A stretch of 64,000 bases of DNA from Octopus vulgaris (lineage: Eukaryota), in contig OX597815.1 in the NCBI GenBank assembly GCA_951406725.2, forward strand, positions 95,976,001 to 96,040,000, written 5' to 3'. Below are positions 1 to 12,855 of this stretch, in pieces. How positions within the stretch are numbered: the stretch's first letter is position 1; every line of letters begins with the position of its first letter. The notes under the pieces were generated by a model. That model did not search any database. It was not told the origin of the DNA and saw nothing but the letters and a program-made list of their open reading frames with translations. Both the position numbers and the translations under genes were made by a program.

Positions 1-254
1 ACATTGTGACGTAATTTGCTTTAATCTGAATGAATTGTGTAAATCATAATGAAAAGTGTATCTCAGGTTCAAATTGATATGGGCATATCAATATTTATTT
101 TAGAAGTTAATAATAAAACAAAACCAAGAGAGTTAACACAACTTTAGTCAGTATCATAAATTTTTGTTAAGCACGGTGTAACCAACTCACAGTATAAAAT
201 GTGTAATCTAACATTAATATAGGATGTGAGACGGATATAGATTTTATTTTTAAG

Positions 255-445
255 AATTCCATTAGAAGCAAACTGGACAAAATGCCCTGTTACATTTCGT
301 CCTCCTTTACGTTCTGAGTTCAACTACCCCTGCGGTCGACTTTACCTTTCATCCTAGCGGGGTCCATGTAGTATGTAGCAGTGAAGTACATTCCCTCTGT
401 CTGAAAATACACTTGGTCCGGCGCCAAAGTTAGAGACCATTATTA
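255..445 (+). mobile_element. Degenerate tRNA-derived SINE
   Basis: B-box-like GAGTTCAAC followed by GTCGACTTTACCTTTCATCC..GGGGTC, which recurs at 5420-5600 and 9660-9815. Confidence 0.55.
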
Positions 446-675
446 AGAGGTCGATAGCCCACGGAAAATCAAACCGCTGACTAGTTACGAGGTTAGAAGA
501 TATATATATATATATGCATTGTTCAATTAAATGGAGTTACATGAAACGATCGTACTGCATTACCTCTGGATATCCTTGTTGCTTATTTTCATTTTAATCA
601 CATTATTTTGAAATTTTAGGGATAATACAGTACTAAATTCTGGCGCCTCAACTTATGTACCATATTCATCTGAGT

Positions 676-729
<54 letters not shown>

Positions 730-843
730 GTAAGATAATTATTTCAAATACCGACCTTATCAGGTGGCCAGCATGGGTATAAAGACCTCAGAAGGTAATA
801 TTAACAACAATAATAATAATAATAATAATAATTGTTATTATTA

Positions 844-929
<86 letters not shown>

Positions 930-940
930 AGTATTATCAT

Positions 941-2314
941 TATTCAGTAGTTTTATTTTTATAGTGTGCTTTCACTTCACTACCGTGCGCAGCTCTGTGT
1001 GCCTTGGGTATGTGCTGTGATTTGTTGTGATGCTCTGATGGTTATTGTATGGAAACTGTTCTGCGTAGGATATAGTGCAATTTTCTGTATGTTATATGTG
1101 TTTGTAAGTCCTGGTGTTTTTGTCATGTATTTGTCTGAATATTTTTTTATCATGCCTAATGCAACTACTATGATAGGAATTGTTTCTGTTTTTAGATTCC
1201 ACATTCTGGTTACCTCCATTTCCAGGTCTTTGTATTTTGAAAGTTTCTCCATTTCTTTTCGAGACACGTTGTCATCTGCCGGTATTGATGCATCAATTAG
1301 AACGCAATTATTTTTCTTCATGATCTCTGACAACTATATCTGGTCTGTTGGCCTTCATTTCTCTATATGTGTGTATCGGCATATCCCAAATTATGGTTGC
1401 TTTCTCGTTTTCTGTGACCTTTTCTGGTGTGTGCCTATACCATCTTTTTTCTGTTGTTATTCCATAATGTTGGCATAGCTCCAGTGTATGTAGGTTCCAA
1501 CTCTGCCATGTCTGTGAATATATTCCTTCTTAGCCAGGACTGGGCAGCCAGAGATAATATGATTTATTGTTTCTTGTCCATCTCCACATATTCTGCAGTT
1601 ACTTGTTATATTTCTTTTCATTACATGTTTTTAGTAATTTCTGGTGAGGAGGCTTTGGTCTTGTGCTGCAATTAAAAATCCCTCTGTCTCTGCTTTGAGT
1701 CCTGAGCTTCTCAACCATTGCTGAGATTTTTCTTTGGCTATCTCTTTTGCATTTAGTTTAGTCCAGTATTTACCATGAAGGGGCTTTCCTTGCCATCGTT
1801 TTATCATGGTTCTTTGCTGTTCTAGTTTTAGTTTGGATTTCATTTGTTTTATAGCTTTTGTTGTTTCTTCATCTTCTTCTTCTTCTTCTTCTTTATATTT
1901 GTTAGGTGGTATGATTTCTTTTTTGTATTTGTCCGCTTCCTTAAATACTGAGAACAGTTTTTTTGTTTTGCTCGTGTTTTGCCGCTATTTGTATCAGTTT
2001 TCCTTCCTTCTGAAGTAGATATTTTTGCAGTCCTATGGTGGTTATTTTATAGTTTTTTCCAGCTGTATAAGGCCTCTACCACATTCTATACGTTGTATAT
2101 ATAGTCTTTCTATGTCAGATTTTGGGTGATGCAGCATAAACCCTGTCATTATTTTTCTTGTTTTTCTATCTATTTTGCTCAGTTCATTTAGTGTCCAGTC
2201 AAGGATATTGTAGCTGTAACTTATAACTGGGACAGCTAAAGTGTTAATACCTATTATCTTGTTTTTAGCATTGAGCTCTGTTTTTAGTATTGATCTAACT
2301 CGTCTATAATATTC

Positions 2315-2318
<4 letters not shown>
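941..2318 (-). mobile_element. R4/Dong-clade non-LTR retrotransposon, 5'-truncated and frameshifted (copy 1)
   Basis: Minus-strand fragments (WLRSSGLKAETEGFLIAAQDQ; LIDASIPADDNVSRKEMEKLSKYKDL) nearly identical to the 44962-46266 ORF; flanked by (TTA)n. Confidence 0.9.
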
Positions 2319-2354
<36 letters not shown>

Positions 2355-2360
<6 letters not shown>

Positions 2361-2785
2361 TAGTTTTATTTTATAGCGTGCTTTCACTTCACTACCGAGC
2401 GCAGCTCTGTGTGCCTTGGGTATGTGCTGTGATTTGTTGTGATGCTCTGATGGTTATTGTATAAAAAGTGTTCTGCGTAGGATGTGTGCAGTGCCTAGTA
2501 GTGCAATTTTCTGTATGTTATATGTGTTTGTAAGTCCTGGTGTTTTTGTTATGTATTTGTCTGAATATTTTTTTATCATGTCTAATGCACCTACTATGAT
2601 AGGAATTGATTCTGTTTTCAGATTCCGCATTCTAGTTACCTCTATTTCCAGGTCTTTGTATTTTGAGAGTTTCTCCATTTCTTTTAGAGACACGTTGTCA
2701 TCTGCCGGTATTGATACATCAATTAGAAAGCATTCTTTTTCTTCATGATCTCTGACAACTATATCTGGTCTGTTGGCCTTAATTT
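2355..2785 (-). mobile_element. R4/Dong 3' fragment (copy 2)
   Basis: Endonuclease C-terminus (KEMEKLSKYKDLEIEV...GTAHILRRTL) plus the same 3' UTR and (TAA)n tail. Confidence 0.9.
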
Positions 2786-2895
2786 CAGGTGGCCAGCATG
2801 GGAATAAATACCTCAGAAGGTAATATTAATAACAATAATAATAATAATAATTATTATTATTATTATTATTATTGTTGTTAATATTATTATTATTA

Positions 2896-2948
<53 letters not shown>

Positions 2949-2966
2949 TAGTTTTATTATTATCAT

Positions 2967-3398
2967 TATTCAGTAGTTTTATTTGTATAGTGTGCTTTCA
3001 CTTCACTACCGAGCGCAGCTCTGTGTGCCTTGGGTATGTGCTGTGATTTGTTGTGATGCTCTGATGGTTATTGTATGGAAAGTGTTCTGCGTAGGATGTG
3101 TGCAGTGCCTAGTAGTGCAATTTTCTGTATGTTATATGTGTTTGTAAGTCCTGATGTTTTTGTTATGTATTTGTCTGAATATTTTTTTATCATGTCTAAT
3201 GCACCTACTATGATAGGAATTGTTTCTGTTTTTAGATTCCACATACTAGTTACCTCTATTTCCAGGTCTTTGTATTTTGAGAGTTTCTCCATTTCTTTTA
3301 GAGACACGTTGTCATCTGCCGGTATTGATACATCAATTAGAAAGCATTTTTTTCTTCATGATCTCTGACAACTATATCTGGTCTGTTGGCCTTAATTT
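2967..3398 (-). mobile_element. R4/Dong 3' fragment (copy 3)
   Basis: Near-identical to copy 2, with the same 5' truncation junction GTTGGCCTTAATTTCAGGTGGCC. Confidence 0.9.
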
Positions 3399-3474
3399 CA
3401 GGTGGCCAGCATGGGAATAAATACCTCAGAAGGTAATATTAATAACAATAATAATAATAATAATAATAATAATA

Positions 3475-3557
<83 letters not shown>

Positions 3558-3616
3558 CATTATTATTATTATAATTATTATTATTATTATTATTATTATC
3601 ATTATTATTATTATTA

Positions 3617-3677
<61 letters not shown>

Positions 3678-3678
3678 C

Positions 3679-3710
<32 letters not shown>

Positions 3711-3713
3711 CAT

Positions 3714-4536
3714 TATTCAGTAGTTTTATTTTTATAGTGTTCTTTCACTTCACTACCGTGCGCAGCTCTGTGTGCCTTGGGTATGTGCTGTGATTTGTTG
3801 TGATGCTCTGATGGTTATTGTTTGGAAACTGTTCTGCGTAGGATGTGTGCAGTGCCTAGTAGTGTAATTTTCTGTATGGTATATGTGTTTGTAAGTCCTG
3901 ATGTTTTTGTCATGTATTTGTCTGAATATTTTTTAATCATGCCTAATGCACCTACTATGATAGGAATTGTTTCTGTTTTTAGATTCCACATTATGGTTAC
4001 CTCCATTTCCAGGTCTTTGTATTTTGAAAGTTTCTCCATTTCTTTTCGAGACACGTTGTCATCTGCCGGTATTGATGCATCAATTAGAAAGCAATTACTT
4101 TTCTTCACGATCTCTGACAACTATATCTGGTCTGTTGGCCTTCATTTCTCTATCTGTGTGTATCGGCATATCCCAGAGTATGGTTGCTTTCTCGTTTTCT
4201 GTGACCTTTTCTGGTGTGTGCCTATACCATCTTTTTTCTGTTGTTATTCCATAATGTTGGCATAGCTTCCAATGTATGTAGGTTCCAACTCTGTCATGTC
4301 TGTCAATATATTCCTTCTTAGCCAGGACTGGGCAGCTAGAGATAATATGATTTATTGTTTCTTGTCCATCTCCACATATTCTGCAGTTACTTGTAATATT
4401 TCTTTTCATTACATGTTTATGGTAATTTCTGGTGGGGAGGCTTTGGTCTTTTGCTGCAATTAAAAATCCCTCTGTTTCTGCTTTGAGTCCTGAGCTTCTC
4501 AGCCATTGCCGGGATTTTTCTTTGTCTATTTCTTTG

Positions 4537-4538
<2 letters not shown>
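3714..4538 (-). mobile_element. R4/Dong 3' fragment (copy 4)
   Basis: CCHC motif CRICGDGQETINHIISSC, RHD and RPD motifs; flanked by (TTA)n. Confidence 0.9.
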
Positions 4539-4593
<55 letters not shown>

Positions 4594-5419
4594 GTTATTA
4601 TAATATGTATGTATATATTTTTTTTTTCCAAAGAAACAGATGAGGCTGGAGCTAGGAATCAGCATTTACTAGCTAGTTAGCAGGTATATATTGCATTAGA
4701 AGGAAAAAGACTATAAAAACCAAGGCAGGAGAGGTGTCTCAAATCATTTAGAATATTTAATTAGAGTAAGGTGAATTTGAGGTCTTACGGCTGTGTCTGG
4801 GTTATTCTAAGTAACAGACTAGCATGTCCGTACACTGGACAATCCGGGATCAGTGACAAAATGAGTATGTATGAAATAGATAAAAGAGAAATTCACTTTA
4901 TAAGGAACAAAGCTTTAGATAAATAAAAATAGAACAATACAGTCAGGGGAATACATTTCACAGTTCATCTTCTACAGAGGATATGGAGGTTGTCTGCATT
5001 ACCCTTAAGTATTATCCCAGGTATCAATGCTTCTGGAAAGCTTGAAAAGTTTAATATGGTTTGTAGATTTTGAGAGAATCCAGTGATATAGAATTTACTT
5101 TGAAATTTTAATTTTTAAAAGTTGACTTTTTATAATATAGACGACTACGAAATTTTTAATGTGTAGCCTTCCACATATATATTTGCAATTTATAGCTGCT
5201 GCAGTGCACTTGCGAACTCTAGGAAGCATGCAACAAAGTTAAATCGAACCATAATATCATATTTTACTGTTAATGAACCACGACGTTGGCAACGTCATAA
5301 CAGGTCGTAATATTCTGTATTTCATGAAGTATCAGTTGAACACTATGGTCACAGTAATCCGTTTATCCCTCCTCTAAATTTGCAGGCCTTGGGTCAAAGT
5401 TTGAAATCTGTATTCTCTG

Positions 5420-5600
5420 AGCTGGTAAAATCTCGACCGTGTCGGGAAAATGCTAAGCAGTATTTCTTCCGACTTCAATTTCTGGGTTCAAATGCCTCCA
5501 GTGTACACTTTACCAGTAATCATTTTTGGGGTCGATAAAATACGGACTTGTTGACATAATCAATTGAAAGTATTTGGTCTACCACAACAATTTGAAAGCA
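5420..5600 (+). mobile_element. Degenerate SINE
   Basis: GAGCTGG head, GGTTCAAAT B-box-like motif, GGGGTCGATAAAATA central motif shared with other copies. Confidence 0.5.
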
Positions 5601-5759
5601 ATATTTTGTACTTTATTCCAATTTTCAAGTTAGAGATAAGATTATACAGCTTTTTTTCAACCATTCCTGGAATCTGATATTCATAAAAAGGAACCCACAC
5701 TAACTCGCCATAATTTAGCATCTAAAAACGGGGGAAAATGTAATAAAAATAGAAATAGT

Positions 5760-5897
5760 CGCAGGAGTGACTGTGTGGTAAGTAGGGTTCAGTCCCTCTG
5801 CGTGGCACCTTGGGCAAGTGTCTTCTACAATAGCGTTTGGCCGACCAAAGCCTAGTGGCTGGATTTGGTAGGCGGAAACTAAAAGAAGCCCGCCGTA

Positions 5898-5954
<57 letters not shown>

Positions 5955-6168
5955 ATGTATATGTTTCTGTGTCTGTGTTTGTCCCCCGAACATCGATTGA
6001 CAACCGATGCTGGTGTGTTTACGTCCCCATAACCTACCGGTTCGGCAAAAGGGACCGATAGAATAAGTACTATGCTTACAGAGAATAAGTCCTGGGGTCG
6101 ATTTGCTCGACAAAAGGCGTTGCTCCAGCATGGCCGAAGTCAAATGACTGAAACAAGTAATAGAATAA
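5760..6168 (+). mobile_element. tRNA-derived SINE with internal (TA)n(TG)n
   Basis: GGTTCAGTCCC B-box-like motif, CACCTTGGGCAAGTGTCTT CORE-like segment, A-rich tail; reverse-oriented relatives near 6850-6990 and 11820-11970. Confidence 0.7.
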
Positions 6169-7089
6169 ATAGAGAGTATGCAGAGAACATTTAAAACTGG
6201 CTGCATATGCGCTTTAAAATTTTGCGTAAATCTAATCACTTTAACACCACCATAGAATTAATCTCGTACAAGTTATAAAGGCTAAAGTGAAATAGAATAC
6301 AATCTCTTCACTAAAAATGAACTTAATTGTAAAAAACTAACACTCAACTGGAAAACTACTAAAAACGTCAGCCAACATACGCACATCAAATAATGATACG
6401 AAAACGCAAGAAAACCACTATAATACAACTCAATTTGAATAAGGGAAAACGTTATTCTCTATCCACACACAAACATCTGTAAAATGGACTAAATCAAATA
6501 CGTGTATGATGATGTACCAAGACAAATAAACACAGAATTGTCACAGTTTTATTAAAAACTATACTTAACTCTACAATACTAAAATACAAGGTATAAAACA
6601 CAATAACAAGTACGCATAATTTAGGATTAAGATACGAAAAATTAAGCTACTAACTGCATTCCAGAGCCACCGTTCCTAGGCTGATAGAAACAAATCGTAC
6701 ATAAACAGTACGCAGCGAAGGCATCGTTTATAAACTCTTAATATATACAGCAAACTACAAAGGAACCCGCATAATTTAAAAATAGCATTGCAATATGAAA
6801 ATTCACGGAAGATAAATATATCACATGCCTAACTACAGCCCCAACACAGAGATGGGCTTCTTTCAGAGTCCGTTTCCAAAATCCAATCTCAAGTGTTTGA
6901 TCCACCAGAGACATTAGTAGAAGTCAGTTGCCCAAGTGCCACGCAGTAGGCTCAACTCGGACGCATTTTTTTGAGAAGCAAACTTCTTTATTTCATTATA
7001 TTGGCCATAAGGCCTTACACAGAGAAATGAAGCTGCGGGCTGAACATAGACAGAATGCTATATGAAATGAAAATGAAAATGATAATTAA

Positions 7090-7920
7090 TGGGGGAAAAA
7101 GCGACGCCCGCCGATCGATTTTTCCCGAGAACATTGATATCTTGTATATTGTTCATGAGGCAACAAACCTCTATACTGTTCACAATATTCAATAACAAAA
7201 TGAGGCGCTAAACCTCTAACCTTTCTTTCCAAACTCAGAACTTTCAATAACAGTGAGGCTTTTCAACCACTTATCACTATTCCTCATCAACATCGCTTGT
7301 GCCCGCATACTCTGCCATCACCCACGCCTGATTCAAGATCAAAGCGGGTGCCGTGTCGGCGTCGCCCGGCCACAAGCGATATTCCTCATTCAATCCCTGC
7401 AGCCTACGCATCACGGGCAACGTTATGACCTCCGCAGCTATCTTTTGGGGCCATTCGGGATCCTGTGTGCAGGCTAAAGGTACTCCCTTATGGTGCTTTC
7501 CCACCACTTTTCCTACCTTCCGGATCTATAGAAGAAGACCAATAATTCGTCTTCCTCCGGGGGCGGGATAGTCAATTCTACGATTGGCGGCACAATTCCC
7601 GCCAACAGTGTCTTTTCTCCTGCCGATGGGACAACTCCTACCGGCGAGGTTCTGGGTCATTCCGGTACTATGTCACCGATTGCCGGCAATGTTCCGTTTC
7701 TCTTTTTCATCCACTTTTTTTTTCTTTTCAACTGAGGGAGGGTGCGTCTCATCCGTGACTGGGAGATTCGCCTCCCCTTCCTTATCCCTAGGATCCTTCG
7801 GTAAGCACCTACTGTTGCTCATCTTCTTCCATTTGCGGGCATTCTTTAAGGAGTCCCCCGCCTCCTCGGCCGCCGTCATTCCCTCTTCTACAGAGGCCTC
7901 AACCAACTGCTCCTATTTTG
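7090..7920 (-). mobile_element. GC-rich degenerate coding island, probable retroelement (ORF1-like) fragment
   Basis: Sharp GC rise against the flanks; broken Lys/Glu-rich minus-strand ORFs (7673-7906, 7277-7507); no diagnostic motif. Confidence 0.3.
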
Positions 7921-9659
7921 ATGCAGACATTTATATATAATGATAACAGTGCTCCATAGCTTTAAATATTTTTCTCATATTTATCAGAATTTTTCATTAA
8001 TTTTATTTCACTATCTCAATGACATTTAAATACAATGAAACAAAGAAATATCTGATTCTTATTGTTTTCCTTAACTTATGGTGGTAAACGCTTAACACAC
8101 GAACTCGCGGCGTGGGAAGTAGAACAATATTATTGATACTTGAATACATTTCTATTTCAAGACTCATATCACACATTATTAACCAGATGAAAACAATGTA
8201 CGTCCCAAGAAATCAATGCTTGTTAGTGTAACATAGTTCTCATTCGCTCACATTTGTTTGAAAAAATAAGTTCAATTCACTTTACGATATTTTTATATTA
8301 GTCAATTTCTTTTCTTCACAATACCGAGTAGCTTAACTATTATCAGATATTCCACAGCAGCTTTTAGTTGGTCACGCTCCCGTTCACTTTCAAAAGCTAT
8401 AGCACGCTCTTGATCAACACTTGATATCCAAACCGTCTCTACATAGGTATTCCACATTAAAATCTGAACGCGTTTATGCTGTTCGCATTTTGCTCATTCT
8501 GAAGGTGAACTGCCTTTGAAGCTGCCTTCACTGATATTGATGTAAATATTTCCGTTTCTTGGATATTCGTATAGGATGTTACTGTCGCGTTCTAGACACT
8601 TTTCTTTGAAAATTTTCGCTATCCCGACACTCTTCCTATATTCAATTCTAGAAATACTATACTTCCGTTTAGAAAGAACTTAGCAACTATCAAAAAGAAA
8701 AAAAAAAAGAAAAATCAATTGTTCAACGAAATAGTGTAATGACTGTATTCCTAAAAAAAATTGGAAATCATAATGAGCAGGTAAGTCCGACCTACAAAAC
8801 AAGTTCATTTCATGCAGTGAGACGATTGCATTTACAGCACAAGGAAAACTGTGCAACAACACGGTTTTGAATTCTATTTTATAAACTCAATGCATGCTGG
8901 GAGAAACTGCACACAATTGTTCTACGTGCTGACTATCTGTTATTCATAAGTATACTTAATTCTTTCGAGCATTTAGCTGGGTGCGCTTTGTTGTAGATAT
9001 ATTTACAAGGTCCCCAGACAGATAATTACTGCTTATCTTGATGTACAACATCCCATTGTAATAAAATGCCTGCCTTTGCAATTCGTTCAGTACTTGGGTT
9101 ATAGCATAGCTACATTGCACCGAATGAAGAAAAGGATAATGACAAATAGAAAATCAACTTACGAATAGAAAAGAAATGTAAATGGTAACATGTACATCAC
9201 AAATCATAAGATTCTCGTTGCTAATTTTCTGACGATAATGCAAAATGGAGCATAGTATAAAATTAAAATATCGATTATGTGAACATTGTTCGAAAATAAT
9301 TCTTCGAAAACAATTATTCGAAAAGCATTTATTCGAATGGAAAATTGTATGAATGAAAATAATTCAAATTTTTAAATTTTATTTAAGCAAAAATGATAAA
9401 ATTAAAAATCAAGTACATCAATGATATTTATTTGATACAAGGTTACTTCTAAAACTGAAACTGTAATAGCATACTAAAATTTGAAAGTGTGAATTTATCA
9501 AATGAATAATAGATTTATAATGCCTGGCATTAGCTGTGACACGCCATTAATAAAATATTTTTGGTATTTAAAAGAAACAGGGTCTGTTCATTCTATAATT
9601 GGATTTGCAATTCTAAATCACCTTGATATAATTGGTAATGTTTGTTCCAAAAATTTCAT

Positions 9660-9815
9660 TTTTTCGTTCTGAGTTCAAATTCCGTCTCAGTCGATTTTGC
9701 CTTTCATAATTTCGGGGGTCGATGAAATAAGTACCAGTTGAATCCTATGATCGATGTAATCAACTAGCTCCGCATCCCAAAATGTCAGGTCTTGTGCCTA
9801 TAGTAGAAAGGATTA
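9660..9815 (+). mobile_element. SINE fragment
   Basis: CGTTCTGAGTTCAAATTCC B-box; GCCTTTCAT..GGGGGTCGATGAAATAAGTACCAG conserved central domain. Confidence 0.65.
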
Positions 9816-10365
9816 TATCATATAACATATTTTCAGAAAGAAAGTTTGAATAAGTAATTTGAAATGATTGATTTATGCAGATATTCATCGAAAATATTAC
9901 TTCAGAATTTATTCAACCATGGCCATATTATTACATAACTCTCTCTGATTTGAAGTGATGATTGCTTTTACAAACGTTACGAATCGCTTCCTTGCACTGT
10001 ATTTTCTGAGGCTGTATAATATTTGCACATTCATTATTCATATAACTTACTTTTCATCTAGATTATACCTCATTCTACAAATTATATTAATAAGATTATA
10101 TTTACGATTACAGTACCATTTACAATTTATCTAGTATAGAACGACGAGCAAATAACATTTCTTTATTAATTTCAGCTAACAAATAACTTCTTTTAATCGT
10201 TACAAAATGCAATGTATGGTAATTCAAAATCATATGATGATTGGGAAAGTGAATCTCATAGAAACTATGTTGAGTTTCCAATAAATTATGTTATCAATTT
10301 TTCATTTGCTCTGTCTGTCTGTATGCCTATTTGTCTGTCTGTATGTATGTACGTATGTATGTATG

Positions 10366-10492
<127 letters not shown>

Positions 10493-10808
10493 AAGCTTCT
10501 AGTTGCTTCAGTTATTAGGTGTCCTTGCCGGATCCCTGCTGTCGTGGGTTTTAGTTCGAACGAACCTATCCTAATACTTGTTTTACTTTAAAGATTAGTA
10601 CTTATCTTATCTGTTCTTTTTCTGAACTGCTATTTACAAAATGCAAACGAAACGACACCGGTTGTCACGCGGTGGTGTGGAACAAAGAAAAACACAAAAA
10701 TACACATAGATTTATACATACATACATTCATGCATGCATACACGGATGCATGCATACAAGCATGCACGCATATATACATTTATATAGCAACAACAATAAA
10801 TTAAATTT

Positions 10809-11610
10809 TTGTCTAGTAATTCTAAGATTAAGAATTCTATTTACCAGTGTAGAATTTCTTCCGGTACCGATGTCTTCTTCTATATAGGAGCGTCCACTTC
10901 CCAGTTATCCAAGAGAATTTCAAACCACTATACAACATTCAGGGATAGTAAAAAACGACATAGTACAGGGCTAAGTAAATTAGTTTGGCGTCTTAAAGAC
11001 AATATAATTTTCAAGGTAGATTGGTTCATACTGTCTGTATCCTTTCCTTTTGATAAGGGCAGGTGATTTTGTAACATTTGTAACTCTGAACTCTTCCATA
11101 TTCTTTTCTCTGAGGTTCCCCTAGTAAACACACTCATGGAAAAAATCATACAAATGTAAACACTGGCAGAAACACACTTTCTACTCATATAAATGATAAC
11201 GATAGTCACTGTGGTTTGAACAGTTAGCTTTACGTCCACCCCACTTCTATAGAGAAATTCTTTCCTAAGCCTTCGAACATTCTTTCAATCAACGTACCCT
11301 TCTCTCTCCACTTGTTCCCTACCTATTATTACTTTATCCCTTCTCTTCCTACTATCTATTTTTGACGTCAATTCTTCCAACGGTTTTTTTTTAAACACTT
11401 ATTATCGCTTTGTTTACCATGTAGGCAATCATCGAAATTTTTGTCTTGTTGTCAAGAGAGGCTCCCTTTCTTTCCTGATGAGAAGATTGCATAATGCACC
11501 CTTTATTCCTTTGGAATGAAAACATGCTGTCTTCGAAACATGTGTCGAGAGTTAAGGAATTTTGTTAACATCTCCGTTCGACTCCATTCTTTCATTTATT
11601 CATATACAAC
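10809..11610 (+). mobile_element. Penelope-like element 3' part: GIY-YIG endonuclease remnant, pyrimidine-rich 3' UTR and hammerhead
   Basis: SIYQC..FYIG..LSKRISNH..RHSTGLSKLVW..(stop)..CNICNSE; same family as 19921-20246. Confidence 0.8.
11470..11551 (+). ncRNA. Type I hammerhead ribozyme motif
   Basis: CTTTC-CTGATGA-GAAGA...TCTTC-GAAAC-ATGT-GTC-GAGAG: intact core, stem I CTTTC/GAGAG, long stem II, GUC cleavage triplet. Confidence 0.75.
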
Positions 11611-11752
11611 ACACAAATTTCTGCACATGAACCCAGAGTTTCTACCCTTGACAGGTCGCTTCAACCGTGTTTCTGACGTGGATTTGCTACCCAGGTTTCG
11701 GTTAAACGAATTTTCCATGCTGACGATAAACATAGGATAATTCATTCACCTA

Positions 11753-11821
<69 letters not shown>

Positions 11822-12624
11822 CAGGATTCTTTCTGTTTCTGTCTATCAAATACGTTCAGAAGATTATTATCAGCCCTGAGCTATAGTTGAAGATACTAAC
11901 CCAAGTTCCACCCACTGGGTTTGAACTCAGAAATACATTGTTATGCAGCAAACCACTTAACACACGCCCATTGTTATGATTGTGCGTTTAATGCTGCGGC
12001 GCTAAGTGCATTTATCCATAGAACGCATCTATAAAGATATGAGGCTACACTACTGTTACAAAATTTGTAACCTGTGTGTCTATAAAATAAGTTCACAAAC
12101 AGATAATTGGTAATTTTGATACGCATTTTCTACTTTTGTTGAAATCTTGGACAGGAAGTACCCTTCGTTATTTTGCCTCTAACCAACTCCTTGTAGGCCC
12201 TTTCATATAAGAAATGAAATTAAACAAGGTAAACCATAAATAAATGAAAATACTCTCTCATACGTTATAGCAATCAAAGAACACCGTATCGTTAAGTCAC
12301 TTATTTAATGCTGGATTTAGCTTCCTGGAAGTTTGTTAAATACGCATATAGGTCTACTATTTAACAGATAATAAGCGCTTGATAAAGACTGTGGTAGTTG
12401 CTAAATTGAAATGGGTACAAATTAACTCACGATGGCAGGAACAAATGTGAAAGTGTAAGTTAAGATCTCATTTATGTAAAAAATCGTATTGTAGAATGCA
12501 TTATATACAATCTTTGCAATGCATTGTGTCAAATATTTGGATATATTTTACAGTACACGTAGCAATGTATATATGCGGTATGATAAGAAGGTTGTTGCTC
12601 ACCCACATAGTTCCGAGTTAAGCA

Positions 12625-12855
12625 GGTGAAGGCGCATGTTTCAGTGATTAGAGTGTCGGGCTCACAATCATGAGGTAGCGAGTTCGATTGTCTTCTTGAA
12701 CAATACGTTTTAATTCACGCTCCACCATTTCACTCAACTGTCTATATGATTGCGGTATCATTAATGACAAGTTTCATTGGGATTTGTTATACCCGAATAA
12801 CTGCTGATCTTCCATGCAATCCCATGGCCATTCAAAACCGAAGGTGGGCTTCATA
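12625..12855 (+). mobile_element. Degenerate tRNA-derived SINE
   Basis: GTGAAGGCGCATG..TCAGTGATTAGAG A-box-like motif and GAGTTCGATT B-box; same family as 24375-24690. Confidence 0.6.

Noticed and set aside
762-3445. Thrice-repeated ~50-bp anchor as a CRISPR-like array
   Set aside because: The spacers are long LINE fragments and microsatellites, the context is eukaryotic, and there are no cas genes.
966-4463. Plus-strand hydrophobic ORFs (e.g. 966-1478, 3822-4265)
   Set aside because: Antisense shadows of the R4 element ORF.
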